Positions 23,401 through 33,193 of a stretch of 64,000 nucleotides of DNA are shown here, in pieces. The stretch lies in contig CAJINV010000012.1 in assembly GCA_905178155.1 (NCBI GenBank), positions 2,457,407-2,521,406 of the forward strand. Reading direction: 5' to 3'. The notes beneath the pieces are model-generated. The model made no database searches. It saw nothing but the letters and a program-made list of their open reading frames with translations, and was not told where the DNA came from. This DNA comes from Amoebophrya sp. A120. Lineage: Eukaryota > Protista > Dinoflagellata. Each line of letters starts with the position of its first letter. Position 1 is the stretch's first letter. The position numbers and the translations under genes are program-made.

Positions 23401-26400
23401 CCAAATGTCTGGTGAAACAGCACCGCGCATCCTGAGCAAAAACGTCGCCGCCCCAGGGTTGTAACTAATGCCAATCTGCATGCTGAGAATGTTTCTCATG
23501 CGGAGACCCATGGGAAAGGGAAGCAGTTCCCGTTGGTGTTGTGCGATTTGTGATGCTCAAATCCAAATGGTGTGCTAGATCTGTGATGCTGCTGAACTAC
23601 CTAAAGAGGACGACACTACTAGGAGAAACTTTTCATGCGAAACAACCAAAGCTGGCCGATTTGTCTAGCAGATTTCCCATCGACTGTGGTGTGGAGACGT
23701 TTTTACTCAGGATACCGCGTCCGTGTCCAGAATGTCGGTGACCAGATCCCGTTGGTAAGTCATCAGCTGCGTGGCCAAGTTCGCCAACTACTATGCACTG
23801 CAAATATATGTTGTGTCTCGGTCTGGTGGAGAGACGCAGCGAATTTGTGCTCTTGCTCCTGAGTCATGCATGGCACAGCGATCATGTAGTTTTGTACGGC
23901 GCCTAGTACGCATCACAAATTTTTCGCTTGGTGTTGCGAGTTCTAATACTGTGTTTCATCGCGGCGTGACCTGACAACCTGAGTGCTTTCACAGCATGAC
24001 AAAGAAAATACCCAATCGTGATTACGCTTCACAAATGAATCCTCGCTGCATCACAAATCAAGAGGACCCAGATCGATATAATTATTTGCAATGCATAAAT
24101 ACAGGCGATTGCTGATGTCGTGCCAGATGTTGTCGACTTCGGAGGAAACACCGTCCCAGCTGGTTCTGATCAGGGTCGGAAACTCAACTTGCAGAAATTC
24201 CTCGTACTTGCCCAGCTCGACCTGGAACTCAGATTTCCTGTAGAAATTTTGTTTTTTTACGGATACAGCTCTGCAATGCATGACCAGCATGATAGACAGA
24301 ATCAACTTGCATGTTGCGCATGACAATAAAGCTACAGCAGACAAAAGCGACGTAGTATTAAAATCGAATTCGTACATGTGATCCATGACTTGGTCCTTGG
24401 TGTCCCAAATGTAGGAGTATGCAATACAAAATTCCCGCACATGTACAAAATGCAAGACAAACTTCGCTCACTTTGAATGTCAAACTTGTCATGCTGGCTA
24501 GGATTGAAGGCGCATTTTGTCAACACGCAGAGACAGCATTTGTACGCGTACGGAAAATTTACTGTGGATAAGGAGACCGTGCTGTCCAGTTCCGTTGTGT
24601 AGTTTCCCACGTTGTGCTTCAGATTCACGTGCGTCTCGTGCACGCGGCGCAGGGCTCGCTCCACGTTGTTCTCTGTAATGTCTTCGTAGATCAGCTCTTT
24701 GCAGGTCTCCAACTCCGAAATCGACTTCTGGATCGCGTCGCGCATCCGGCCGCGGGACTCCTTCAGAAACTCGGCGCGGAGGACCATGGACCGCAGGTTC
24801 ACTACGAGCTGGTCAAAGATTTTCTATCAAATGCAAAAGTGTCTGGGTCTGGAAGAGTCATGCTATTTTTGCATGACAGAGAAGGTCTGGCATGGAAGCT
24901 CTAGCATCGCAGGTTTCGAGAAGCTTCCGCAATGCCAAATCCGCATGACAAATCCCCCAGTTTGGTGACAGAAACTGGGCAGCCTTTGCTACCTATGCAT
25001 GAGAGATTTTTCATCTGTGTTCTGAAATGCGCATCACAAGTTACATCCTTCCAGACCCAGACACTTTTGCATTTGATATTTTCCGCACCCGGTCGATAAA
25101 CGCGACGGTCTCGGTATGCAAGAAAAAAACCGTGTAAGTGTAAATCTGTGATGGAAAAAATGCAAAACAGTTACGATTGTCATGCTGGAAGTGCGTGATA
25201 GACGTGTTTCGTACGTCTTTTCACGTACTATCCGCGCATGACAGGTTTTTTCTGTAACGCAAAACGAGTTTGTGATGCTGCTCTTCCTACAAAGTTACAC
25301 TTACACAGTTTTTGTCCTGGATATTCGGGGACGACCTGCCACAGCTTTCCCTCACCTTTCAGGTACAGCTCCTCCAGCCACTTCAGCAGCAAACGCTGCA
25401 TCAGAGAAGTCGTATGCAATGCAAAGATGTCTGGGTCTGGGAGATTCTGAGACTTGTCAGGCACGTCTTGCGTGAGCCATGATGTCTGTGATGCATGCCC
25501 TAGCCTCACAGATGTTCTGAGGGCTTCTTGATGCCTCGTCCGCATGACAAATGCCATCTCCGCGTAGCAAAAATTAGATTGCTTTTGCTGCTCATGCAAT
25601 ACAGCTTTTTTTTGACATCCCAATGCAGCATCACAATTTGCATTCTTCAAGACCCAGCCATATTTGCAATTGGTAAGTCTTCTGGACCAGCAGGGGGACG
25701 ACGGACTCGGTCACTTGCTGGGTTGAGAGGTAAAAGAGTATATAAAGGTCCACATAGTGCAATCATGAGTTTGTCATGCGCTGCAAGGATGCTGGTAAAA
25801 AAAGTTGTAGTGCAAAAGCCCTATTATACCAGGTATCGCGCAGGCGTCTCGACGTGAAAGTAGTCGCTGTCAAGGTACGCAACGACGCCTTGGAACATGT
25901 ATCACAGAGAAATAAAGTGCTAGTAGAGGTAAAAGTAGCTCGAAACTTGTTCTTGTCTCGCTATCCGGCAAGAAGAACGCATCAAAATGTTCCTGCTTTG
26001 AATTGCGTAGCACAACATGCCTCGTCGCGACAGTCGGTTTCGCAGGAGGAACCAATGCAAAAATCCAGTGCAGTTCGTGGACAAGAATTATCGCTATCTT
26101 CAAAACTGAACACTCTTTATTTCTGGATAACATTTCGTGCACTTTTCTGATGAGGTCCTCTCCGAAGATTTTCGCCAACTCCGCCATGCCCGAGTTCAAG
26201 GCCGCGTAGATTTGTATGAAATGCAAAAGCACCTTTCTCGTATGAATTGCAGTCATGCATGATAAATCAAACTTTCGTACCTTACCCAGCATGACAAATT
26301 GCATTTTTCTTCTTAGCGAAATTTGTAAATGCAATTCATACTATTACTAGGAGTACGATGCTTTTGCGATTCATAATTTCTTTTGCCCGCTGATTGTAGG

Positions 26401-28800
26401 CCAGAATCGAGGCGGTGACCTGTTTGTCCATATCGTTCTCCTTCACTTCCTCGACGGTCTTTACCAGTTCTTGAAACTTCGCCTTCTCCAGGAAGTGCGC
26501 GCCTTGCAGAACCTGGTGTAGAACAGTGCTCTTGTAGTTTATTCATCTCGAGGACGTGCACGTGACGTGCGTCAACAAGTGCAGAAATTTTTGGTACTCA
26601 TTTTGATTTTATGCTATAGTACAACTGCAACGAAAAAAAAAGCTGTTTCGATCTTCATTGATGTACTTATAGAATGAACAAGAAGCTTTTAACAACTTCT
26701 ATACCGTGAGAACGTTCTGCGCATTTTCGCGCAGTTTCTCCCACCGTTCCGCGGGCTGTCCCTCCGATATCAAACAAAAAAAAGTTCGTCGCGATCACTC
26801 ATGCGCATTTTTGCAATACAAAACTGGCTGTCATGCGTAAAAATGCACGACAGCCAAGCTTCGTAGGGGATTTTCCTAGTGTTTCTGCAATACAAGGAAA
26901 ACTTGCGATGCTAAAAAAACTTGTAATGCAAAACCTGCAAGTTAGTGACTGTGACAAACTTTCTTCTTTCCATATCCGAGCCCTTCAGCGTAATCTGCAC
27001 CAGCTTCGCTTCAATTTCCAGCAGATTGTCCGTGTAGGTTTTGAAGGACCGCAGCTCGCCCCGGCAGTCCTGTTCCGCATCGTCCGTGCGGCGCTTCGTG
27101 TAGTCGATCCGCTCCATCAGCTCCTGTATGCATGGCAAATGTGTCTGGGTCTGAGAGATTGCGAGATTTGTCATGCTTGTCTGGCATGACTGAAGAGTTT
27201 GTGATGCGTGTCCAAGAAGAGAGCCTTTCGCTTGGAATGCAAAACGCAGTTTGTTTTTCATGCGGAAAGCGCAACACTAAGCCGCGCAGATATTTCTCAT
27301 GCTTGGCTGTGCATTACAGAGAATCAACTATTCACAACACAGCATTACAAGTTTCCAGACTCAGACATATTTGCAATGCATATCCTGCAGTTTCTGGTGA
27401 ATCTCCCCGGCCGCGTCGATCTGGTAGTCCGCAAACCGCACCATGGCCCGCGACTTGGCGATGTCACGCCGCGAGTAAACGGCCACGGAAAAGAAGTCTC
27501 GGGTGATCCCCTTCAACTCGGTGCGCAGGATCCGCTTCGTGGAGAGCATACCCTTCAACATCTCATGCATCGGCAAGCTGTACTCATTGTAGACCTCGTT
27601 GCGCTGCTATGCATTGCAAAAGTATTAACATCTTGCTCGTAGTGGTAGTGCTACTTGCATAGATTGCATCACAGGAGATCTTTCTTTCGGAAAATCACCA
27701 GTACAAACTTTTTCTCCCAATGCAGCTAGTACATCTTCTACCAACATGATATTAGTATTACTTTTGCAATTCCTACGTGCCACGCGGAGGCGATCTGCCA
27801 CTTCTCCCAGGCGACCAGCTTTTCGATGGGGGAATACGGCGGGTAGGGAAACCGAAACCAGTACTCGATCTCGTAGTTGTATGGAGAGAAAAAAGTTTGT
27901 CACAGTCACTAACTTGCAGGTTTTGCAATACAAATTTTCTCAGCACCACAAACTTTCCTTGTATTGCAGAAACACTAGGGAAATCCCTAATGAAGTTTGG
28001 CTGTGATGCACTCTTACGCATGACAAACAATTTTGTATTGCAAAAATACGCATGAGTGATCGTGACAAACTTTTTTTCTTTGATAAGTTGCGCTGGCGCT
28101 GCAAGTGCGTGTCCTGCCACATGATCTTTTATCCTGAGTAAAAACGTGCCCCCCCCAGAGTTGTTATGCAAATGCGCAAAGACAGGTAATGCGCAGCTTC
28201 ACGGGAGGCATTACCAATCGCGTTTTTGGAATTTGTAATGCTGTAAACAGGATGAGAAAATGGCTCTATCGTGCGGCTTCCCTTACCAACCAGCACTACA
28301 CTGCAGAGGAAAACTTGTCATGCGCAGCTCCCAACTTGGAGATTTCTTTGTGTTGCTAGTTTCCCAACTTGACTATGGGGTCGGGACGTTTTTGCTTGGG
28401 ATATCTTTACCGAGTGAATCATGGCGTTGTGGGCGGAGTAGAGCTCGCGACTGATGATTTCTTGGATCATCAGAGCCCGAACGTGCATATGCATTGCAAA
28501 AGTCTTGTATCGTGCTAGAGCTAGTTGTAAAATTCTTGCATTACAAATTGAAATTGAAATTTCCTCTTCAGCATAAGAAATGGAGCTTGTTTTATTGTGA
28601 TGCGGATTTACCTGCAGAAAAAGATTTTTAATGCGTTGACTGCAATTACAACTACCACTACAAGCACGATACTCTTTTGCACAGGATAGTGCAGCTTCGA
28701 GTTCACGTAGTCCTGCATCTCGACGATAATGCGCGCGCGCTCGAGCATTTTGAGCTGGACGTGGACACGGATTTTCGCGGAAATTTTCTTCTCGACTTCC
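17443..28800 (-). CDS. Hypothetical multi-exon coding region (one long gene or several), helical/coiled-coil-like with A/E/T-rich spacers and a C-terminal hydrophobic segment
   Basis: GC-rich open exon fragments between 26 TIR elements and GT-AG introns (e.g. 19835-20455, 22868-23140, 24571-24824); C-terminal VFSIYVLGILLIVLALKWLQIVL. No family recognised; gene boundaries unresolved. Confidence 0.55.
17750..17978. mobile_element. TIR introner-like element (family C)
   Basis: TIRs; DR tctgc/tctgc. Confidence 0.9.
18022..18279. mobile_element. TIR introner-like element (J-related)
   Basis: GCTCAGRTGTTACAATCT inverted pair; DR tggat/tggag. Confidence 0.85.
18592..18768. mobile_element. TIR introner-like element (E-related, diverged)
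   Basis: TATGCAAGAGAAATTT..AAATTTCTCCTCGATA; flanks gagct/gcgtt. Confidence 0.75.
18823..19067. mobile_element. TIR introner-like element (family B, diverged)
   Basis: Degenerate TIRs, B-like body; flanks gtcct/ttctt. Confidence 0.75.
19202..19456. mobile_element. TIR introner-like element (family B)
   Basis: TIRs; DR cacag/cacag. Confidence 0.9.
19520..19834. mobile_element. TIR introner-like element (family F, opposite orientation to 9875 and 11706)
   Basis: TIRs; DR gcatt/gcatt; body is reverse-complementary to the other F copies. Confidence 0.9.
20456..20731. mobile_element. TIR introner-like element (family B)
   Basis: TIRs; DR ccttc/ccttc. Confidence 0.9.
21106..21255. mobile_element. 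TIR introner-like element (family A)
   Basis: TIRs; DR ttgct/ttgct. Confidence 0.9.
21368..21532. mobile_element. TIR introner-like element (family E)
   Basis: TIRs; DR gaatc/gcatc. Confidence 0.88.
22140..22284. mobile_element. TIR introner-like element (family A)
   Basis: TIRs; DR tggca/tggca. Confidence 0.88.
22325..22635. mobile_element. TIR introner-like element (family H, AAAAA-CCCCCCTCCCC)
   Basis: TIRs; DR accgc/accgt. Confidence 0.88.
22728..22867 (-). other. Canonical GT-AG intron containing introner-like motifs
   Basis: CAG|GTAAAG...AAACAG|CGC joins TMTIQ to RYQESTERT in frame. Confidence 0.7.
23428..23714. mobile_element. TIR introner-like element (family D)
   Basis: CATCCTGAGCAAAAACGTC..GACGTTTTTACTCAGGATA; DR ccgcg/ccgcg. 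Confidence 0.9.
23792..24097. mobile_element. TIR introner-like element (family B, diverged)
   Basis: TATGCACTGCAAATA..TATTTGCAATGCATA; DR actac/aatac. Confidence 0.82.
24249..24360. mobile_element. Degenerate element with eroded TIRs
   Basis: DR aaatt/aaatc, GCATGAC motifs; removal gives YEFDFYRKSEF; also reads through in frame. Confidence 0.55.
24418..24570. mobile_element. TIR introner-like element (family E)
   Basis: TIRs; DR aggag/aggag. Confidence 0.9.
24825..25078. mobile_element. TIR introner-like element (family B)
   Basis: Perfect ~30-bp TIRs; DR ttttc/ttttc. Confidence 0.92.
25115..25323. mobile_element. TIR introner-like element (family I, GTGTAAGTGTAA)
   Basis: TIRs; DR ctcgg/ttcgg; near copy at 58701-58910. 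Confidence 0.9.
25413..25675. mobile_element. TIR introner-like element (family B)
   Basis: TIRs; DR agtcg/agtct. Confidence 0.85.
25900..26129. mobile_element. TIR introner-like element (singleton, motif-poor)
   Basis: TATCACAGAGAAATAAAGTG..CACTCTTTATTTCTGGATA; DR acatg/acatt. Confidence 0.7.
26215..26375. mobile_element. TIR introner-like element (family A)
   Basis: TIRs; DR atttg/atttc. Confidence 0.85.
26768..26974. mobile_element. TIR introner-like element (family G)
   Basis: TIRs; DR tccga/tccga. Confidence 0.9.
27127..27382. mobile_element. TIR introner-like element (family B)
   Basis: TIRs; DR tcctg/tcctg. Confidence 0.9.
27608..27775. mobile_element. TIR introner-like element (family A, diverged)
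   Basis: TTGCAAAAGTA inverted pair; flanks gctgc/cgtgc. Confidence 0.75.
27880..28085. mobile_element. TIR introner-like element (family G, inverted copy of 26768-26974)
   Basis: TIRs; DR agttg/agttg; reverse complement aligns along the whole length with 26768-26974. Confidence 0.92.
28130..28403. mobile_element. TIR introner-like element (family D)
   Basis: TIRs; DR tcttt/tcttt. Confidence 0.9.
28488..28688. mobile_element. TIR introner-like element (family A)
   Basis: TIRs; DR gtgca/gtgca. Confidence 0.9.
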
Positions 28801-29096
28801 GTGCGGGCCGCATCGTCGGCGAAAATCTCGTGGAGCTTTGTCTGTGATGATGAAAAACAAAAAAATTGAAGGTTTTCATCTACCTAACAGCTGTTTTTTG
28901 TTCTTGCGCAAGAAACCAATCAGTTCGTGTCTTCTCATCTCATGACGCGGATAAATGTTCTTTACTGTACAAGTACGTGTTTTAGTTTTTTGTTTTAGTT
29001 TTTTTTTAAAAAACGTGCGCTTGTTCTTGTAGTTTCGCGATCGATTGACATCCGAATCCGAGTTTTTGTGCTGGTGTCACTATCAAGTAAGTGATT

Positions 29097-31860
29097 CTAT
29101 ACTAAGCCCTGCTGCAATTTGCCGACAATTTTCGGAATCGAGAGCATCTTGTCCTCGTTCCCTGGTCGCGCGTCGTATTTCTCGTCGTCGGCCTGGGAAA
29201 ATTTCCGCTGAAAAAAGTTGACCTCGATGGTTGCCACCCTTGTGGAACGCAAAATGTCCTTCGCGGCGGCAATGTGGGCGTGGATGGTAGGCAGCATCAA
29301 TCCCGGAATCGCGTCGACCAGGGGGTGGAGGTTCGCGGCCTTGCCTTCCTCGTGTTTCGTCGGATTGTACAGCTGCGCTTCGACCCGGCCCGCGCGGACG
29401 GCCATGACGGTGGAGGTCTGGGCGAGATCCATGAACTGTTGTACTACGGGGAAAAGTTCAAGAATAAGAATTTTTGCAAAAATAGCTAGGCGGGTTCGAT
29501 GAGGGCGCAGAAGCAGATGGCGAAATGGACTCCGCGCTGCAGGTCGGGGAGGTACATCTCCAGCTGGAAAACCGCGGAGGGTGGCTCGTGAGGGTGGCCC
29601 AGAAGCATTGCGCGCGCCCGCTTTCGGATCGGTCTGAAGGAGACACTCCTTACAAAAATGCGGCAGCCTCAAAACTCGCGCCCCTTTTTGCTTATAGGTC
29701 GTGATTAGCATGAAAATAGGCAATTACTAATCGGTGCTGAGTTTTCAAGAATGGACAGGGTGGGGGGTTCCGAAAAGGGCCCGGAAACGGCCAATTGGCG
29801 CCCCCCCTCTGAGCCCCCAAATCGGCACCATAGCATGGGTGCTGAGTTTTCAAGAATAGAAAGATCGACCCCCCTGAAGACCCCCCCGCGAACGCCCCCG
29901 CGGAGGCCCCCCCCTTGAGATTTTTTGGCCCTCCGAAAGGGCCACAGAATTGGGCTCCGGCTCCCTTTGGGTTCCCCGGCCAACAAAAGCATCGGGCGAG
30001 GGCGGGGCCGGGGCGGTGGCCGGGCCGTAGAAGCGCCGGGCCGCAGCCTGGGGGTGGGGCCGCAGCCGGCCTTTTGTATTTTCCCCTTTTTCTTCCGTGT
30101 TTGGCATATTTCTTGTACCTACTACAAAAAAACTACAACAACACGACCCAGCACCTACCGTCGCTGGGCCCCCTAGTCAATTTTTGCTCGGATTCTTATT
30201 CTTGAACTTTTCCCCTTAGTATGTTGGGAGGTTACTTCATCCAGCTCAATGAAGTACTGCTGGCACTTCACAAGCGCGAGCTTGTTCATCTTGACCAGGT
30301 CGGTGCTCATGTCGCTCATGCACTGGTTGGCCTGCGCAAACTCTTCCACGCGGAGACACTTCTATGCATTGCAAAAGTATCGTACTCGTATAAATGCAAT
30401 ACGCATTTCCTCAGCATAAGAGCTGGGATTTGTCATGCTGTTTTACCTTAGGGACATCAACGTTTCTTGTCATGCATAATTGCAGTTAGTACGAGTACGA
30501 TACTTTTGCTCAGGATAACTTCTGGTTGTAGCTGATCCAATCCATCTTCTCGAATTTCATGCGCATCGCCATGGACCTGATTTTTTACATACATCAGGGA
30601 TGAATTACGTAAGTGGAAGTAAGGATTGCACGAGGTGGAGAAAATGTTGTCTAACGTAAACTTACTTTCCTCTATAATTCTAATTTTTCCTATGAACGAG
30701 GAAAAATGATGCAATTGCAATAAAATCAAACTGTTTACTGAAATCCCCGATAGGCCGCGTCTGTTGGCTGTTGCAGGTGCTGGCTCGCGTGCATCCAGCG
30801 GTTGCGTTCTATCACGATGTGGTGCAGCTTAAACGCTTCCTGCGCCCCAATCATGTCCAGTTGCAGGGGCGTCATTTCCGGCGCTCCGTGTTCCTCGATC
30901 TCCTCCTGCAGCTGCTTTTCGGCTATGCATTGCAAACATGTCTGGGACTGAAACTTGAACTTGTCATGCGAACACTGAATCACGCATAGGTCTGTGTTGT
31001 ATGATTGCCAAAAGTTGTAGCTGTCCAATTTTGACCAAGTCAAGAGAGAGTTTCTCATGCAGGAGAGGCATGATTGAGAGAACAAGATCTCTCGTCAGGG
31101 TATTTGTCCTCATGCGGCGGGGCCGTGCATTCCCTACCCCATGGGTCACGGTCATGGAAAACCTGCATGAAAAGGCTTGCAATCTTCCAGTGACCCAGCA
31201 GACATATTTGCAGTGGATATCGGCCTGCGCTTTGTCGCCCGACAGGTTCACGGCGTCCTCGCCGGGCAGCACCTCGGCGTGCTCGGGATCCTTCAGGACA
31301 AAGACCGGCTCCGGGTTGGCATCGTCGTTTGCCGGCGCCGTGGCGTCAGCATTCCAGAACGGAAGTCGTTTGACATCCTCCAGGGTCTCCGGAAGCGGGA
31401 CCACTGGCATCGGCAGGACGTTGGTCGACAAATCTTCAAAAATGTGCGCGGCATTCTCGTCCTGCGAAGGTTGTACAACTTCTGGAGCACCTTCTTTCGA
31501 AGTCGAGAGATCTTCGAGCGGTGGCGCTTCTGATTCAGGCTCTTCGTAGTTCCCGTCCGGAATAGGATCTCCTTCTGGCACGATGGGCTTGCTCGTCTTT
31601 ACCGAAGCCACGACGCCGGTCGTGATTGATGGGCAAGAAAGGTCGTTGCAGCCGAACAGAAGCAAGGACATCATCCCGCTAGCTGCTGTGTTTCTCATCT
31701 TGTTTCTGGTTGTCATGCTGGTGCTAGAAGCCGTTCTCGTTCTGTTTGTCGTGCTGCTTTTGCTAGAAAATAAGGCTGCACTTCTAGAAGACGAACTGCT
31801 GCTCGAGGCGGTTGTACTAGTTTGGGAGAAATAAACCATTTTCTCCACTGCTAGTACCAA
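29097..31860 (-). CDS. Hypothetical multi-exon protein (S/T-rich N-terminus, hydrophobic stretch, acidic Pro-rich region)
   Basis: Open exons 31220-31860, 30735-30923, ~30236-30362 and 29097-29435; no family recognised. Confidence 0.55.
29445..30218. mobile_element. GC-rich non-autonomous TIR element (MITE-like), TA-flanked, distinct from the introner families
   Basis: GGGGAAAAGTTCAAGAATAAGAAT...CTAGG at left and its reverse complement at right (~43 bp imperfect TIR); TA on both sides; internal duplication GGTGCTGAGTTTTCAAGAAT. Confidence 0.8.
30363..30517. mobile_element. TIR introner-like element (family A)
   Basis: TIRs; DR acttc/acttc. Confidence 0.9.
30924..31219. mobile_element. TIR introner-like element (family B)
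   Basis: TIRs; DR tcggc/tcggc. Confidence 0.88.
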
Positions 31861-33193
31861 CGAATCGCGGATGATGAGTTATTGTTCCAAAGAACAAGAA
31901 GAACTCCGTGGTCGTCGTGCGTGGCACTGTACTAAGTCCTTGACTTCGACGCTTTATCGCTTGCTTCACGAAGATCTTCGAAAAGTTCGTAGTTTGCTCG
32001 GCTTCAGAAGATGCTGTTGCTGACAAGAGGTCGCTGCCGCCATGCTCCTCTTGTTGAGCTTGAATTTACGTAGGTTTTTTTCAGAGGACGCTAACGCTGT
32101 GTGATGTCAAAAGCCCCCACGAGGACTACACAACAGCAGCAACTCGTCCCTGCGTTCCTTCTGCTAGGTTTTTGAAAAAAATTCCTGCGTTTGGTAGTTT
32201 CGGTATCGAAAGATTAAGGTTTCTCTTTCTTTTTCTTAGTTAGTACCACGACTGCTCGTGTAGTAAGTACTTGTTTATTCAGGCTGAAGCTTATCGTGAT
32301 ACGAAACGAAATTATCGACGAAGAGGACGAGGGTCGTGTTGTGTTCTATTTGCAAACTACCTTCAGATTCGCGATGATGCGCTCGTCGCTCTTTTTACCT
32401 TTCCTTACAACCTTTTCGCTCCTCTTGCAATAAATAATCCCGGAGGACGAGATCATCTTCCGCACAAGAGCTGCCTTGTCGTCGATCATACAAGCTGCTC
32501 TGCGACGATACGAAAGCGAAACGCGTTTTACGATGTATTACAGGGGCTGTCGCTGGTGTAACAGCAAGTGCAAGAGATGCAATCATAAATAATTTGAATT
32601 CGTCCTGCTAGCTGTACGTGCTATCGCTATGTTGAGTCCTCCTCGACCACGTTTCTAGCGCCTTGCTTCTACGAATAGTACAGACGACCCTGGTGACCCA
32701 ACGCTGTTACTGTTTAACTGACGTCCCCTCTTGTAATGAAAGCCAATAACGTACGAATTAGAAAGCGTATCCAGGAGCAAGAGCATCTACACGCTGCACG
32801 AACAGACTCACTTTCTCTATGTAGGCGCGCATCCGTAGAGCAGCACTTGTATTGCTGACTGTGCAACAGGTTATTTGCGTGAAAAAAAATCTTCTTCCAC
32901 TTAGTTCGAGATCTTCTCATCTCGACCCTGGTACTCCCTTCCACACGTGCGTATCTTCTGCACGTGAAGGTGGGAGGACATCGCTTTGACTATTGAGACT
33001 ACTTACAACACGGCAAGACGACCACACGTTCATCTCGACGTCGACTGTGTGTGTTTATTTTACTATTCAGGTTCTTTTATTTCTCATTGGAGGATTTTTA
33101 TCCGATGATGTTGGTACAAGTTAGTTCAGGCTCTTCAGGCTGAAGTAGTGAATCCACCACCGACGTCAGCAGCTGCAAGAAAACAACTCGCTC

